Shown: positions 37,475 to 46,243 of the stretch, piece by piece
Layout of the letters: each line of letters opens with the position of its first letter
Numbering within the stretch: the first letter of the stretch is position 1
Position numbers and translations under genes: made by a program
Notes under the pieces: model-generated
Seen by the model: the letters and a program-made list of their open reading frames with translations, nothing else
The model's database searches: none
Told to the model about the DNA's origin: nothing
Origin: Syntrophales bacterium
Lineage (GTDB): Bacteria > Desulfobacterota > Syntrophia > Syntrophales > UBA2210
Reading direction: 5' to 3'
NCBI GenBank assembly: GCA_963666365.2
Contig: CAXXNF010000001.1
Coordinates: 1,216,001 to 1,280,000, forward strand
Length of the DNA: 64,000 nt

Positions 37475-38053
37475 ATGAACATTCTGGGAATTGTCTGCAG
37501 TCCCCGAAAGGGGGGCAATACGGAGATACTGGTCCGGGAGGCCCTGGAGGCAGCCCGTGGATCGGGAAGTGAAACGGAGCTCTTTCTGGTGGCCGGCACA
37601 CACATTACCCCCTGCGACGGATGCGACGCCTGTATGAAAACCGGCCTTTGCGTCATCGATGACGACATGACGCCGCTCTATCGCCTCCTCGAAGCGGCCG
37701 ACGGCATTATATTCGGCACACCCGCCTATTTTATTAACGTGAGCGCTCAGGCGAAGGCCATTATCGACCGCACCTACTGCATGCTCCGGTCCGGGGCACT
37801 TAGAGGCAAATCAGCCGCCGCCCTCGTGGCCACGCGCAGAATCGGCGGCGGTCAAATCCTGAGTCTTTTGTACAGCTATTTTGCCGTGCAGGGCATGTTC
37901 ATCGCCGGCGGGGGAATCGGCTATGGTCGGGAAAAGGGAGAAGTACGCACCGGCCCCGGAGGAGCGCCCGTCTTTACCGCTCTCGAAGAGGCTCAGGCGG
38001 TGGGAAGAAGGATGGTGAAAACCATTCGGAAGCTCTCCGGTTCACCCCAGTAG
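37475..38053 (+). CDS. Iron-sulfur flavoprotein (flavodoxin-like, Isf family)
   Basis: SPRKGGNT, CDGCDAC....C.I.DDM, GTP.Y and KA.IDR. Confidence 0.9.
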   Translation: MNILGIVCSPRKGGNTEILVREALEAARGSGSETELFLVAGTHITPCDGCDACMKTGLCVIDDDMTPLYRLLEAADGIIFGTPAYFINVSAQAKAIIDRTYCMLRSGALRGKSAAALVATRRIGGGQILSLLYSYFAVQGMFIAGGGIGYGREKGEVRTGPGGAPVFTALEEAQAVGRRMVKTIRKLSGSPQ

Positions 38054-38073
38054 CGAGGAAAGGAGCATTGCTC

Positions 38074-39075
38074 ATGGCCGTATCGTATAAAACGCTGGGA
38101 TTCGTCAATACCCGCCCCATGTTCAAAAGAGCGCTGAAGGGCGGTTTCGCCATTCCGGCGTACAACTTCAACACCATGGAACAGCTTCAGGCAATCGTCA
38201 TCGCCTGCCTCGAAACCCAGTCACCGGTAATTTTACAGGTATCGAAGGGCGCGCGGGAGTATGCCGACGCGACACTTCTTCGCTATCTGGGACAGGGCGC
38301 CGTGGCGATGATGCGGCAGCGGGCGGCCGACAGCGCTGCCGGCGAGATCCCCATGGCGTTGCACCTCGATCACGGCGATTCTTATGAACTCTGCGTTTCC
38401 TGCATAGAACAGGGGTTTTCATCGGTCATGATCGACGGCTCTTTCCTCCCCTATGAAAAAAATATTGCCCTCACCAGAAAAGTCGTCGACTATGCCCGTC
38501 AATTCGATGTCACCGTTGAAGGCGAACTGGGGGTTCTCAAGGGCATTGAAGATGATGTGCAGGCGGAGGAACACGCCTACACCCGCCCCGAAGAGGTGCA
38601 GGATTTTGTCGAACGAACCGGCGTCGATTCCCTGGCGATTTCGATCGGCACATCCCACGGCGCCTATAAATTCACCAAGAAGCAGAATCCATTGCTCCGA
38701 TTGGATATCCTTGAAGAAGTCCAGCGCAAGATCCCCGACTTTCCCATTGTACTTCATGGATCATCATCGATTCCGCAGGACGCCGTCGACACTATCAACC
38801 GCTACGGAGGCTCGCTGAAAGACGCCATCGGGATTCCGGAGGAGCAGCTGCGCGAGGCAGCCCGCTCCTCCGTGTGCAAGATTAACATTGATTCAGACGG
38901 CCGCCTTGTCATGACGGCGGCGATTCGCAAAGTGCTGTCCGCCGCTCCGGAGGAATTCGATCCGCGCAAATATCTCGGACCGGCGCGTGAGGCATTGAAG
39001 AAACTCTACGCCCGGAAGAATATCGCTGTTCTGGGAAGCGCATCGAAGGCTCCCGAGATCATGGCGCTCATCTAA
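38074..39075 (+). CDS. fba: Fructose-1,6-bisphosphate aldolase, class II
   Basis: LHLDHG, GFSSVMIDGS, VEGELG, IGTSHGAYK, VLHGSS, KINIDSD and DPRKY. Confidence 0.96.
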   Translation: MAVSYKTLGFVNTRPMFKRALKGGFAIPAYNFNTMEQLQAIVIACLETQSPVILQVSKGAREYADATLLRYLGQGAVAMMRQRAADSAAGEIPMALHLDHGDSYELCVSCIEQGFSSVMIDGSFLPYEKNIALTRKVVDYARQFDVTVEGELGVLKGIEDDVQAEEHAYTRPEEVQDFVERTGVDSLAISIGTSHGAYKFTKKQNPLLRLDILEEVQRKIPDFPIVLHGSSSIPQDAVDTINRYGGSLKDAIGIPEEQLREAARSSVCKINIDSDGRLVMTAAIRKVLSAAPEEFDPRKYLGPAREALKKLYARKNIAVLGSASKAPEIMALI

Positions 39076-39090
39076 CCGGGGCAGTCGGGG

Positions 39091-39924
39091 CTATTCCCCC
39101 CGCAGGTAGGCGGGAAGGTCTTTTTCTTCCATGCCCTGGAAACTGCAGAGAAGGGGACAGGTCTTGCAGGGCTCCTTCACCGCCCTCAGTGGCGGCTCCC
39201 CTTTTATGCCTTCGATAAAATCGACGCATTCGTTCACGTCCCCGTCGTTGCCGTCGATTATAATGGTCACGGACCCTTCAGCGCCCCCGTATCCCCCCGA
39301 TGCAAAGTGAACGGCGTCCACGTCGAAGAGATCCTCCAGTGCGTCAAGTTCGGTATAGACAATCCCGTCGGCAACGCATACCATGCCCACCCTGGCGCCG
39401 ATGCTCCGTTCGATGGCAAAAATACCGCCCATCCGCGAGGCCTCTTCCACCGATGGTATCATTTTTTCTAGTCCCACGGGGTAGACGATCATGCCCCCCC
39501 GCGCCTGCATTGCCAGATAAAACTCACCCATGGTGCCCCCGACGGGACTTGCCATAAAGACGCCGACCTTCCCCGTGTGATCCATTGCATTGACCCCTTT
39601 GAGAAGAATATCCCCTGGTCCCAGTTTGTCCAGCACCGACGAGGGCTCCACCTCGAGAATTTTACCCTTGTGGAAGGTAACCGGCTGGAGCCGCACCCCC
39701 TGGACCAGCGCGCAGAGGACCCCCCTGATTACCTGGCCGGCGACATATTTTTCCTTTTCAATCGTCTTTTCCAAAAGCTCTTCAGCGATGTAGGCATTGG
39801 TGGACCCGCGCCCCACAATCAGATACCCCTCGTTCATCGCTTCCTGAACTTCGGGCATCGCAGCCACCGCCTTGGCAATAAGTCGTTTTGATTCCGAAGA
39901 CGTCAATGTAAACAGGGCCTGCAT
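39091..39924 (-). CDS. Hypothetical protein (277 aa) with C-terminal CxxCxxxC
   Basis: Long ORF with an AGGAGG RBS and globular composition (LT.SESKRLIAK, GSTNAY, KG.NA, PVGLEK, GGAEGS). No family recognised. Confidence 0.7.
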   Translation of the reverse strand: MQALFTLTSSESKRLIAKAVAAMPEVQEAMNEGYLIVGRGSTNAYIAEELLEKTIEKEKYVAGQVIRGVLCALVQGVRLQPVTFHKGKILEVEPSSVLDKLGPGDILLKGVNAMDHTGKVGVFMASPVGGTMGEFYLAMQARGGMIVYPVGLEKMIPSVEEASRMGGIFAIERSIGARVGMVCVADGIVYTELDALEDLFDVDAVHFASGGYGGAEGSVTIIIDGNDGDVNECVDFIEGIKGEPPLRAVKEPCKTCPLLCSFQGMEEKDLPAYLRGE

Positions 39925-40034
39925 AGCATAACCTCCTTTTCACTGTTGTTGGCGGGACGGACAGTCCCGTCACCCCCGATATTTTCACTGCAGCCGTGTG
40001 GAAAACTCCTGTAGGTCCGGCAGGACAGTAATTA

Positions 40035-40176
40035 TGACGCCACCGTAAAAAGACCCATTCCCCTCCCCCGGGGGGAGGGGATGAAGGGAGGGAAATCTTA
40101 AGCGCTCGTAATAACCTCACCCCAGCACTCTCCTCTCAAGGGAGAAGGTGATATCCGGCTTTTTACAGGATCGTCA
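40035..40176. mobile_element. MITE/REP-like element of about 142 bp with terminal inverted repeats and an ATTA flanking duplication
   Basis: Left end TGACGccaccGTAAAAAG; reverse complement of the right end TGACGatcctGTAAAAAG. ATTA at 40031-34 and 40177-80. Two internal C/G-rich hairpins. Confidence 0.65.
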
Positions 40177-40308
40177 ATTATAACGGATGTCACTATACCA
40201 CCTTTTATTCCCTTTACGCAAAAGACTATCGAAGCACTTGCAATGAAATTCTGAAGAGGGTACAAGGTGGGCAAGCACAGTTCGGTGAAAGGCAGGAGGA
40301 ACGGTTTA

Positions 40309-40929
40309 TTGAGATTGACACTGGTGCGGCACGGACAAACACCATGGAATCGAGAACAGAGGGTGCAGGGAATCAGCGATATATCCCTGAGCAACCGGGG
40401 ACTGGCACAGGCGAACAATCTTGCGCTGGCCTTAAAAAATGAGCGGATTGCAACCATCCTTTCAAGTCCCTTGCGGCGCGCGCTGCAAACCGCCGAGGCA
40501 ATCAACCGTTTTCACGGTCTCGCCATAGAAAGGGATCAGAACCTGATGGAGCTCGACCAGGGGGATTTCGAGGGACAGACCTTCCCGGAAATTATGAAAA
40601 CCCATAAAGCGTTCCTCCAACGCTGGGCTGCCGACCCTGCATCGGTGATCATGCCGAACGGCGAATCACTGGAGCAGCTTCAAAGGAGGGCATGGACTGC
40701 GGTGGAACGCATTCTCGCAACAGAAACACACCACGCGGTCCTCGTCTCGCACAATTTCACCATTATGACCATCCTCTGCAAAATTCAGGACCTGAGCCTT
40801 CGCCATGTCAGGAAGGTCCATGTGGATGTGGCGTCGCGAACGACCGTGCAATTCAAGGAGGGGAGGGGGGAAATCATCCTCTTTAACGATGTGTCACACC
40901 TGAAAGGATCTGAACAGGTTAAGGATTAG
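40309..40929 (+). CDS. Histidine phosphatase family (PhoE/CobC-like)
   Basis: LVRHGQT.WN...QG, SSPL.RA.QTA, E...G.FEG, PNGES and VSH. TTG start after AGGAGG. Confidence 0.9.
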   Translation: MRLTLVRHGQTPWNREQRVQGISDISLSNRGLAQANNLALALKNERIATILSSPLRRALQTAEAINRFHGLAIERDQNLMELDQGDFEGQTFPEIMKTHKAFLQRWAADPASVIMPNGESLEQLQRRAWTAVERILATETHHAVLVSHNFTIMTILCKIQDLSLRHVRKVHVDVASRTTVQFKEGRGEIILFNDVSHLKGSEQVKD

Positions 40930-40944
40930 CCGGTTTGATCAACC

Positions 40945-42165
40945 TCAGAGCATTACCTCCAGCACGGAATCGATGCGTCGAAGGGCGGCGGCAACAGCCG
41001 CCGCCTCTCCCTGAGAAAGACCTTCGACAGTCTCCTCTGATACAAGTTCAACAATTCCATCAAAGGCCTTTCGGACGTTCAAGTCGTTATCCATGGCCTC
41101 GGTGAATACTTCCGTCATCTCGTCGGCAAGGGGAGACAGCTGCGCCTTTTGTAGGGCGGCGCCCTTTTTCGCAAGCTTCCCCATCACCGACCGGAACCGG
41201 CGAAGCAGGCATGCCTTTTCCTTCATGATTGTTTTCGAATAATTGAGGTTCTCCCGATAGTGTCCGTAAATCAGGAAAAAACGAATTTCTTCCGCGCTGA
41301 AACCCTCATCAAGAAGGGTATCAGTGTAATATACATTCCCCAGGCTTTTGGACATTTTTTTCCCCTCCACAAAGAGATGACGGCAATGCATCCAATAGCG
41401 GGCCATGGGATAGGGCCGTATCGATTCAAGAACAGCCATCGTATAGTCATGATGGCGGATAAGATTGTCAACGCCGCCGCAATAAATCGACAGAGGCTCT
41501 TCGATATAATGCCTGAGCACGCTGGCATCCTGAATGTTCCATGAGGGCCTCCCCGGACCGAGAGAACTGTCCCAGCAGACCTCGCCAAGGTCTGCACATC
41601 CGTGCCAGAGTATGAAATCACCCCGGTTCCAACGCATGCCGGGATAGGTGTCTTTGTGGAAACGACGTCTCTTCTTCGGCCATGTGCGCATATCGAGGCC
41701 GTAGAGTGTTCCAAAAAATGGATATTTCAGGGGGTCGAAATAAATATTTTCACGGTGCCGATAGGCAATTCCCCGGGCAAGCAGCTCTTCGATGATCGCA
41801 ACTGCGTCGTCCACCGCTTCGGAAGCCCGTCCCAGATAATCGGGAATTGTCATTTTGAGCAGGTGCATTTCTTTTAAGAAGGTTTCAATATTCATCTCCG
41901 TCAGAAACTTCACATCGGTTCCTCTTTTTTCGGCTTCGGCGATCGCCTTGTCTTCCACGTCGGTAAAGATGATCCCGCGCCGCACCCGGTACCCAAGAAA
42001 ACGAAGGTACCGCACAAGAATATCCTCAAAAAGAAAGGTGCGATGATTCCCTATATGAGCCCGCTGGTACACGGAGGGTCCGCAGGTGAAGATATTGACA
42101 ACATTCGAATTCATCGGGGTGAACTTTTCCATCTTCCGTCCGAAGGTATTGAAGAGTTGAAACAT
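40945..42165 (-). CDS. Cysteinyl-tRNA synthetase paralog (non-canonical, C-terminally short)
   Basis: CGPSVY..AHIGN, TDVEDK, DF.LW, GRPSW, KMSKSLGN and MDNDLN. Key residues are altered (see findings). Confidence 0.85.
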   Translation of the reverse strand: MFQLFNTFGRKMEKFTPMNSNVVNIFTCGPSVYQRAHIGNHRTFLFEDILVRYLRFLGYRVRRGIIFTDVEDKAIAEAEKRGTDVKFLTEMNIETFLKEMHLLKMTIPDYLGRASEAVDDAVAIIEELLARGIAYRHRENIYFDPLKYPFFGTLYGLDMRTWPKKRRRFHKDTYPGMRWNRGDFILWHGCADLGEVCWDSSLGPGRPSWNIQDASVLRHYIEEPLSIYCGGVDNLIRHHDYTMAVLESIRPYPMARYWMHCRHLFVEGKKMSKSLGNVYYTDTLLDEGFSAEEIRFFLIYGHYRENLNYSKTIMKEKACLLRRFRSVMGKLAKKGAALQKAQLSPLADEMTEVFTEAMDNDLNVRKAFDGIVELVSEETVEGLSQGEAAAVAAALRRIDSVLEVML

Positions 42166-42262
42166 TGCACAATCTCCCATCAATTGGTTTCTCTGTTGTA
42201 TCATTACCACTGCAGTTACATAACATCAAGGTCATGAACTCAGCAGGAATCGCACCACGCTC

Positions 42263-42291
42263 TTGACATGACCAAAGGAAAGATGCATTAT
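42263..42291 (+). promoter_or_regulatory. Sigma70-type promoter
   Basis: TTGACA-N17-CATTAT upstream of the DapA-like gene. Confidence 0.55.
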
Positions 42292-42380
42292 TCGTGAGGC
42301 TTACAGGCAGTCGTCACAATGCCGTTCCGACGCCGGGTCCGTGAGCCCGGGCCTATGCTCATAGCTGAAAGGAAAGAACC

Positions 42381-43427
42381 GTGAAAGAAACCGAATCACA
42401 GCGCGGGACCTTGGCGGGTGCGCTTTTCCCCGAAGGCATCCCCCGACTCTGGTGCCCCCTTCTCACGCACTACCGGGAAGACGGAACCATCGATATCGAT
42501 CGCATGATTGCCCACATGCACCAAATTTCCCCCGATGTGGAAGGGTTTCTCATCCCGGGGTCCACCGGTGACGGATGGAGGCTCGATGACGAACAGTCCC
42601 TCATACTGGTCGATTGTGCCGTATCGATGGCCCGCCGCACGGGAAGTCACCTTCTTTTAGGCGTGCTGAGGCCGGATGCCCGAAGCATGACGGCTCTGAT
42701 CGATTCAATGCTGCGTTTCCTCAAGAAAAAAACGGGAATCGAAGCTGACATGGACTGCCTTATCGCTGCTCATGTCAGCGGATTTACCGTCTGCCCCCCC
42801 TCAGGCCGGGGCGACGATCAGGAGGCAATCTATGACGAACTTGCCGCGGTGGCCGATACGGCGCTGCCCCTGGCGCTTTATAACATTCCCTTTATTACGA
42901 AAAGCGAACTGGCGCCGGCCGCATTTCAAAGACTGGTGGCACGCTACTACAATATTTTCCTTTTCAAAGATTCCAGCGGGAAGGACCTGATCGCACATGC
43001 ATCTGTCGATCATGGCGGCGTCTTCCTTTTCAGGGGCGCCGAGGGAAATTACGCCGACGCACTGAAAGATAACGGCGGCGCCTACGACGGACTCCTCCTC
43101 AGCACGGCAAACTGCTTCGCCGGAGAACTTGCCGCGATTATCGACTACGTGGAGCGCGGCGCATTTCCCGCCGCCGCACATCTTTCAGATGCCATTACCC
43201 ATGTCCTGACCGAGGTCAACCGGCTTACGGCGCCCCTTCACAGCGGCAATCTTTTTGCGGCCACCATGAAGGCGATAGACCATTTTTACGCCTTCGGTCC
43301 CGGCGCCGTTCGTAAAAAGGGCCCGCTCCTCTATGGCGGCCTGCGCATACCGGAAGGGGTAATCAGAACTACGGGTGAACTGCTGCGTCAATTCGATCTT
43401 ATGCCGGCGCGGGGATACACCGCCTAA
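42381..43427 (+). CDS. Dihydrodipicolinate synthase / class I aldolase family protein
   Basis: P.LT....G.ID, GSTGDG, LYNIP..T and Schiff-base KDSSG. Confidence 0.82.
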   Translation: MKETESQRGTLAGALFPEGIPRLWCPLLTHYREDGTIDIDRMIAHMHQISPDVEGFLIPGSTGDGWRLDDEQSLILVDCAVSMARRTGSHLLLGVLRPDARSMTALIDSMLRFLKKKTGIEADMDCLIAAHVSGFTVCPPSGRGDDQEAIYDELAAVADTALPLALYNIPFITKSELAPAAFQRLVARYYNIFLFKDSSGKDLIAHASVDHGGVFLFRGAEGNYADALKDNGGAYDGLLLSTANCFAGELAAIIDYVERGAFPAAAHLSDAITHVLTEVNRLTAPLHSGNLFAATMKAIDHFYAFGPGAVRKKGPLLYGGLRIPEGVIRTTGELLRQFDLMPARGYTA

Positions 43428-44707
43428 ATACCGCGGTAGGAACTGCTGGAAAGGCCGAAGAGAAGTACCACCAGCGCAAGGAGAATGCCGCCGCATCCTA
43501 CCGTTGCCGGTGCGCCGAAGGCGTCGGCAAAGAGGCTCATCACCATGTTCCCCAGGGGCAATGCCGAAAAGGTAAGCATATAGACGCTCATGACGCGGCC
43601 ATGATAGCGCCGGTCGGAACGGTCCATAAGGAGGGCGGCGTTCAGCGCCAGATAGGATGAAGACACGATGCCCACGATCACCAGTAGTGCCAGGGCAACA
43701 TAGAAGGAATCACTGAAGGCGAAGAGAGCCACCGTCGCCCCGAAGAGCACCCCAAGAACAAGCTGCACGATCCCGGGACGCTCCAACCTGCGAATCGAAG
43801 CGATCGCGAGAGATCCGATAAGGGCGCCGATGCCGTTTGCCATCATAAGCATGCCCAGTCCGCCGGGACCGACTGAAAATACCTTTTTCGCAAAGACGGG
43901 CATCAATGCTTGAAAGGGCATGCCGAGTATAATGGGGGCAATGCTCAAAACCAGCAGGACCAGCAGAACCGGGTGCCTCCAAATATAGAGTATGCCTTCG
44001 CCCATTGCGCTCCACCCTTTTGTGTCCTCTGCATTCGAAGGAGACCCGCGGTCGGGAATGTACAGAAGCGTCGCTATTACCAGCGCATACATACCAGCCA
44101 TAAGGAGATAGACGCCCCCCACATTCATCCAGGGGCCGCCGATCAGCCACCCCGCAAGAGGGGGACCGATCACCCGGCAGGCATTGAGCCCGGCCCCGTT
44201 TAATGCAACGGCGTTCATCAGCCGCTCACGACTGATTATCTCGGCCACGAAGGATTGACGGGCCGGCATGTGAAAGGTGAAGGCGCTTCCCATGAAAAAG
44301 GAAAGAACCACCATGTGCCATATTCTGATCGCGCCGCATATCACCAGCACAGCCATAATCAACGCGCCGGCGGCAGTGATCCACTGAGAAATCAGGAGAA
44401 TACGCCGCCTTGAATTCCGGTCGGCAACGACTCCCCCAAAAAGAGAAAAGACGAGCATGGGAACCCCGAAGCCCAGTGAGATGAAACCGATCGACGAAGC
44501 TGCCCCCGTCAGTTCAAAGGCAAGGTAGCCGTTGGTGAAGAAATTCATCTGCATGGCCAGAACGCCCGGCAGCATCCCGATCCAGAGTACGCGAAAATCC
44601 CGCTCCTGAAGCGCCGGAAAGGCCCGTAACCAGGACGCCGGAGGCTTTTCTTTCCCACCACTCTCCGCTTCAGCGGCCCGAGACCCCTTCTCGGCTTGAT
44701 TGCCCAT
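43424..44707 (-). CDS. MFS transporter (EntS/DHA3-like)
   Basis: About 12 hydrophobic segments, GGVVADR..RR, PARQ, R..GP..AG and GRVMS. Confidence 0.92.
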   Translation of the reverse strand: MGNQAEKGSRAAEAESGGKEKPPASWLRAFPALQERDFRVLWIGMLPGVLAMQMNFFTNGYLAFELTGAASSIGFISLGFGVPMLVFSLFGGVVADRNSRRRILLISQWITAAGALIMAVLVICGAIRIWHMVVLSFFMGSAFTFHMPARQSFVAEIISRERLMNAVALNGAGLNACRVIGPPLAGWLIGGPWMNVGGVYLLMAGMYALVIATLLYIPDRGSPSNAEDTKGWSAMGEGILYIWRHPVLLVLLVLSIAPIILGMPFQALMPVFAKKVFSVGPGGLGMLMMANGIGALIGSLAIASIRRLERPGIVQLVLGVLFGATVALFAFSDSFYVALALLVIVGIVSSSYLALNAALLMDRSDRRYHGRVMSVYMLTFSALPLGNMVMSLFADAFGAPATVGCGGILLALVVLLFGLSSSSYRGI

Positions 44708-44746
44708 TTCGCTCGTCGTTTCGTCCCCTCAGTTTCTTGTCTGCAC

Positions 44747-45817
44747 TCAGACACTGAACCGTATATTCAATATGTCGCCGTCACCGACAATGTATTCTTT
44801 CCCCTCGAGGCGAAAACGGCCCTGATCCTTGACGGCTTTTTCTGACCCGCACTCGATGAGATCCTGATAGGAAAAACACTCGGCACGGATAAATCCACGG
44901 GCCAGGTCGGAATGGATCGATCCGGCCGCAGCAAGCGCGGTATCTCCGCGGCGGATGGTCCAGGCCCGCACCTCGTCCGTACCCACCGTGAGAAAGCTGA
45001 TATAGCCGAGGGTCTCATAGGCAAAACGGGTCAGCCGGTCGCGGGCGGAATCGGTGATCCCCATGTCGTCCATAAACAGCCTGGCCTCTTCCTCATCGGT
45101 CAGTCGGGAGAGTTCCATCTCGAAAGCGCCGGCAAACTCGATTACCCGGCATCTTTTTTCAATTTCTTGAAGCAGATCGCCGTTGTTGCCGAATGTGGCC
45201 TCACCGGAATTGAGCACGATGAGCACGGGTTTTTTCGAAACAAACTGAAAACCGGCAATGATCTTTTCTTCGCCGTCACTGAAGGCCATTTCTCTGATCG
45301 AACGATTATCGTTCAATTGTTCCTGAATTTTCCCGAGTATACGCTCCTCGGCCTCCAGTTCGGCCGTCTTTTTGCCTCGCTTATAGCTCCACTCGATGCG
45401 TTCGAGACGGGTTTCGATAACGATAAGATCGGCCAGAATAAGCTCCGCTTCAATTGTTTCGATATCCTGCAGGGGGTTCGGTTCTCCCGAAAGGTCGTCA
45501 TGAAAGTTCCGCAGCACCAGCGCCAGCGCATCAAGGGTTTTTATCAACGCCATCTGACCGGCGGAGAACCCGCCGCCCCGGACCGAACCTCCCGAAAATC
45601 CGACGAAGTCAACCACCTCGACGGTTGCATAGGTTACCTTTTTCGGTGAATACATTCCGGCAAGGCGCTCAACCCGCTCATCGGCTACGGTGACTACGGC
45701 GATGTTCGGTTCCGCCTTGGCCGATGCATAAGCGGCGACCTCCGCGTTCGATTTAGTCAGGGCGTTGAATATCGTTGTCTTACCGGAGTTGGGAAGACCC
45801 AGTAACCCGATTTTCAT
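44747..45817 (-). CDS. ychF: YchF/Ola1-family ATPase (divergent)
   Basis: GLPNSGKTT.FNALT, V.DER...L, FLTVG..EVRAW, AG.IHSD..RGFIRAE and EGKEY.V.DGD. Confidence 0.9.
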   Translation of the reverse strand: MKIGLLGLPNSGKTTIFNALTKSNAEVAAYASAKAEPNIAVVTVADERVERLAGMYSPKKVTYATVEVVDFVGFSGGSVRGGGFSAGQMALIKTLDALALVLRNFHDDLSGEPNPLQDIETIEAELILADLIVIETRLERIEWSYKRGKKTAELEAEERILGKIQEQLNDNRSIREMAFSDGEEKIIAGFQFVSKKPVLIVLNSGEATFGNNGDLLQEIEKRCRVIEFAGAFEMELSRLTDEEEARLFMDDMGITDSARDRLTRFAYETLGYISFLTVGTDEVRAWTIRRGDTALAAAGSIHSDLARGFIRAECFSYQDLIECGSEKAVKDQGRFRLEGKEYIVGDGDILNIRFSV

Positions 45818-46061
45818 TCTCTCTTTACTCCTCCATGTATCCGGTCAATTGCTGTCATATCAAAAGGATGGAACGTAGGTCCAACGGGGCGGTTTGTCAA
45901 GGATTATTTACCGGCAACCGGCGGGCCGGCATGGACATTCCCGCGGATGGCTTGTGTTTCGGACATGCATGACTATATTATAGGGACAACGGCTTCAAGG
46001 AGGATGTGTGCGCATAATCATGTCGCCCCTCTGATCCCTTGAATCCTCAAGAGGAGGCATT

Positions 46062-46211
46062 ATGCAGGAAATAGTAATTCTCATCCTTATTGTGGGCGGC
46101 TGGTTTGCGCTGCAGAAGTGGATCCTTCCGAAGATGGGGGTGGACACCTGAATGAGCAGGGCCTGTCAGGTGACAGACAAAAAACCGAAAGAAGAAACAG
46201 GAAAAGACTGA
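46062..46211 (+). CDS. Putative 49-aa single-TM selenoprotein MQEIVILILIVGGWFALQKWILPKMGVDT-U-MSRACQVTDKKPKEETGKD
   Basis: AGGAGG RBS before ATG 46062, an in-frame TGA at 46149-46151, a SECIS-like hairpin 11 nt downstream, a downstream Cys, and a second TGA at 46209-46211. Missed by the ORF track. Confidence 0.7.
46163..46176 (+). promoter_or_regulatory. Putative bacterial SECIS hairpin
   Basis: CTGTC-AGGT-GACAG starts exactly 11 nt after the TGA, with GGT in the apical loop. Confidence 0.65.
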
Positions 46212-46243
46212 GGCGTCTCGCGGCGCGACATCCCTCAGATCCC

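Noticed and set aside
39925..40030. Riboswitch upstream of the 277-aa hypothetical gene
   Set aside because: Only a short hairpin is visible, and I recognise no aptamer consensus.
45997..46042. Tiny leader ORF after a second AAGGAGG upstream of the candidate selenoprotein
   Set aside because: It is only 8-12 codons with poor RBS spacing and cannot be supported.
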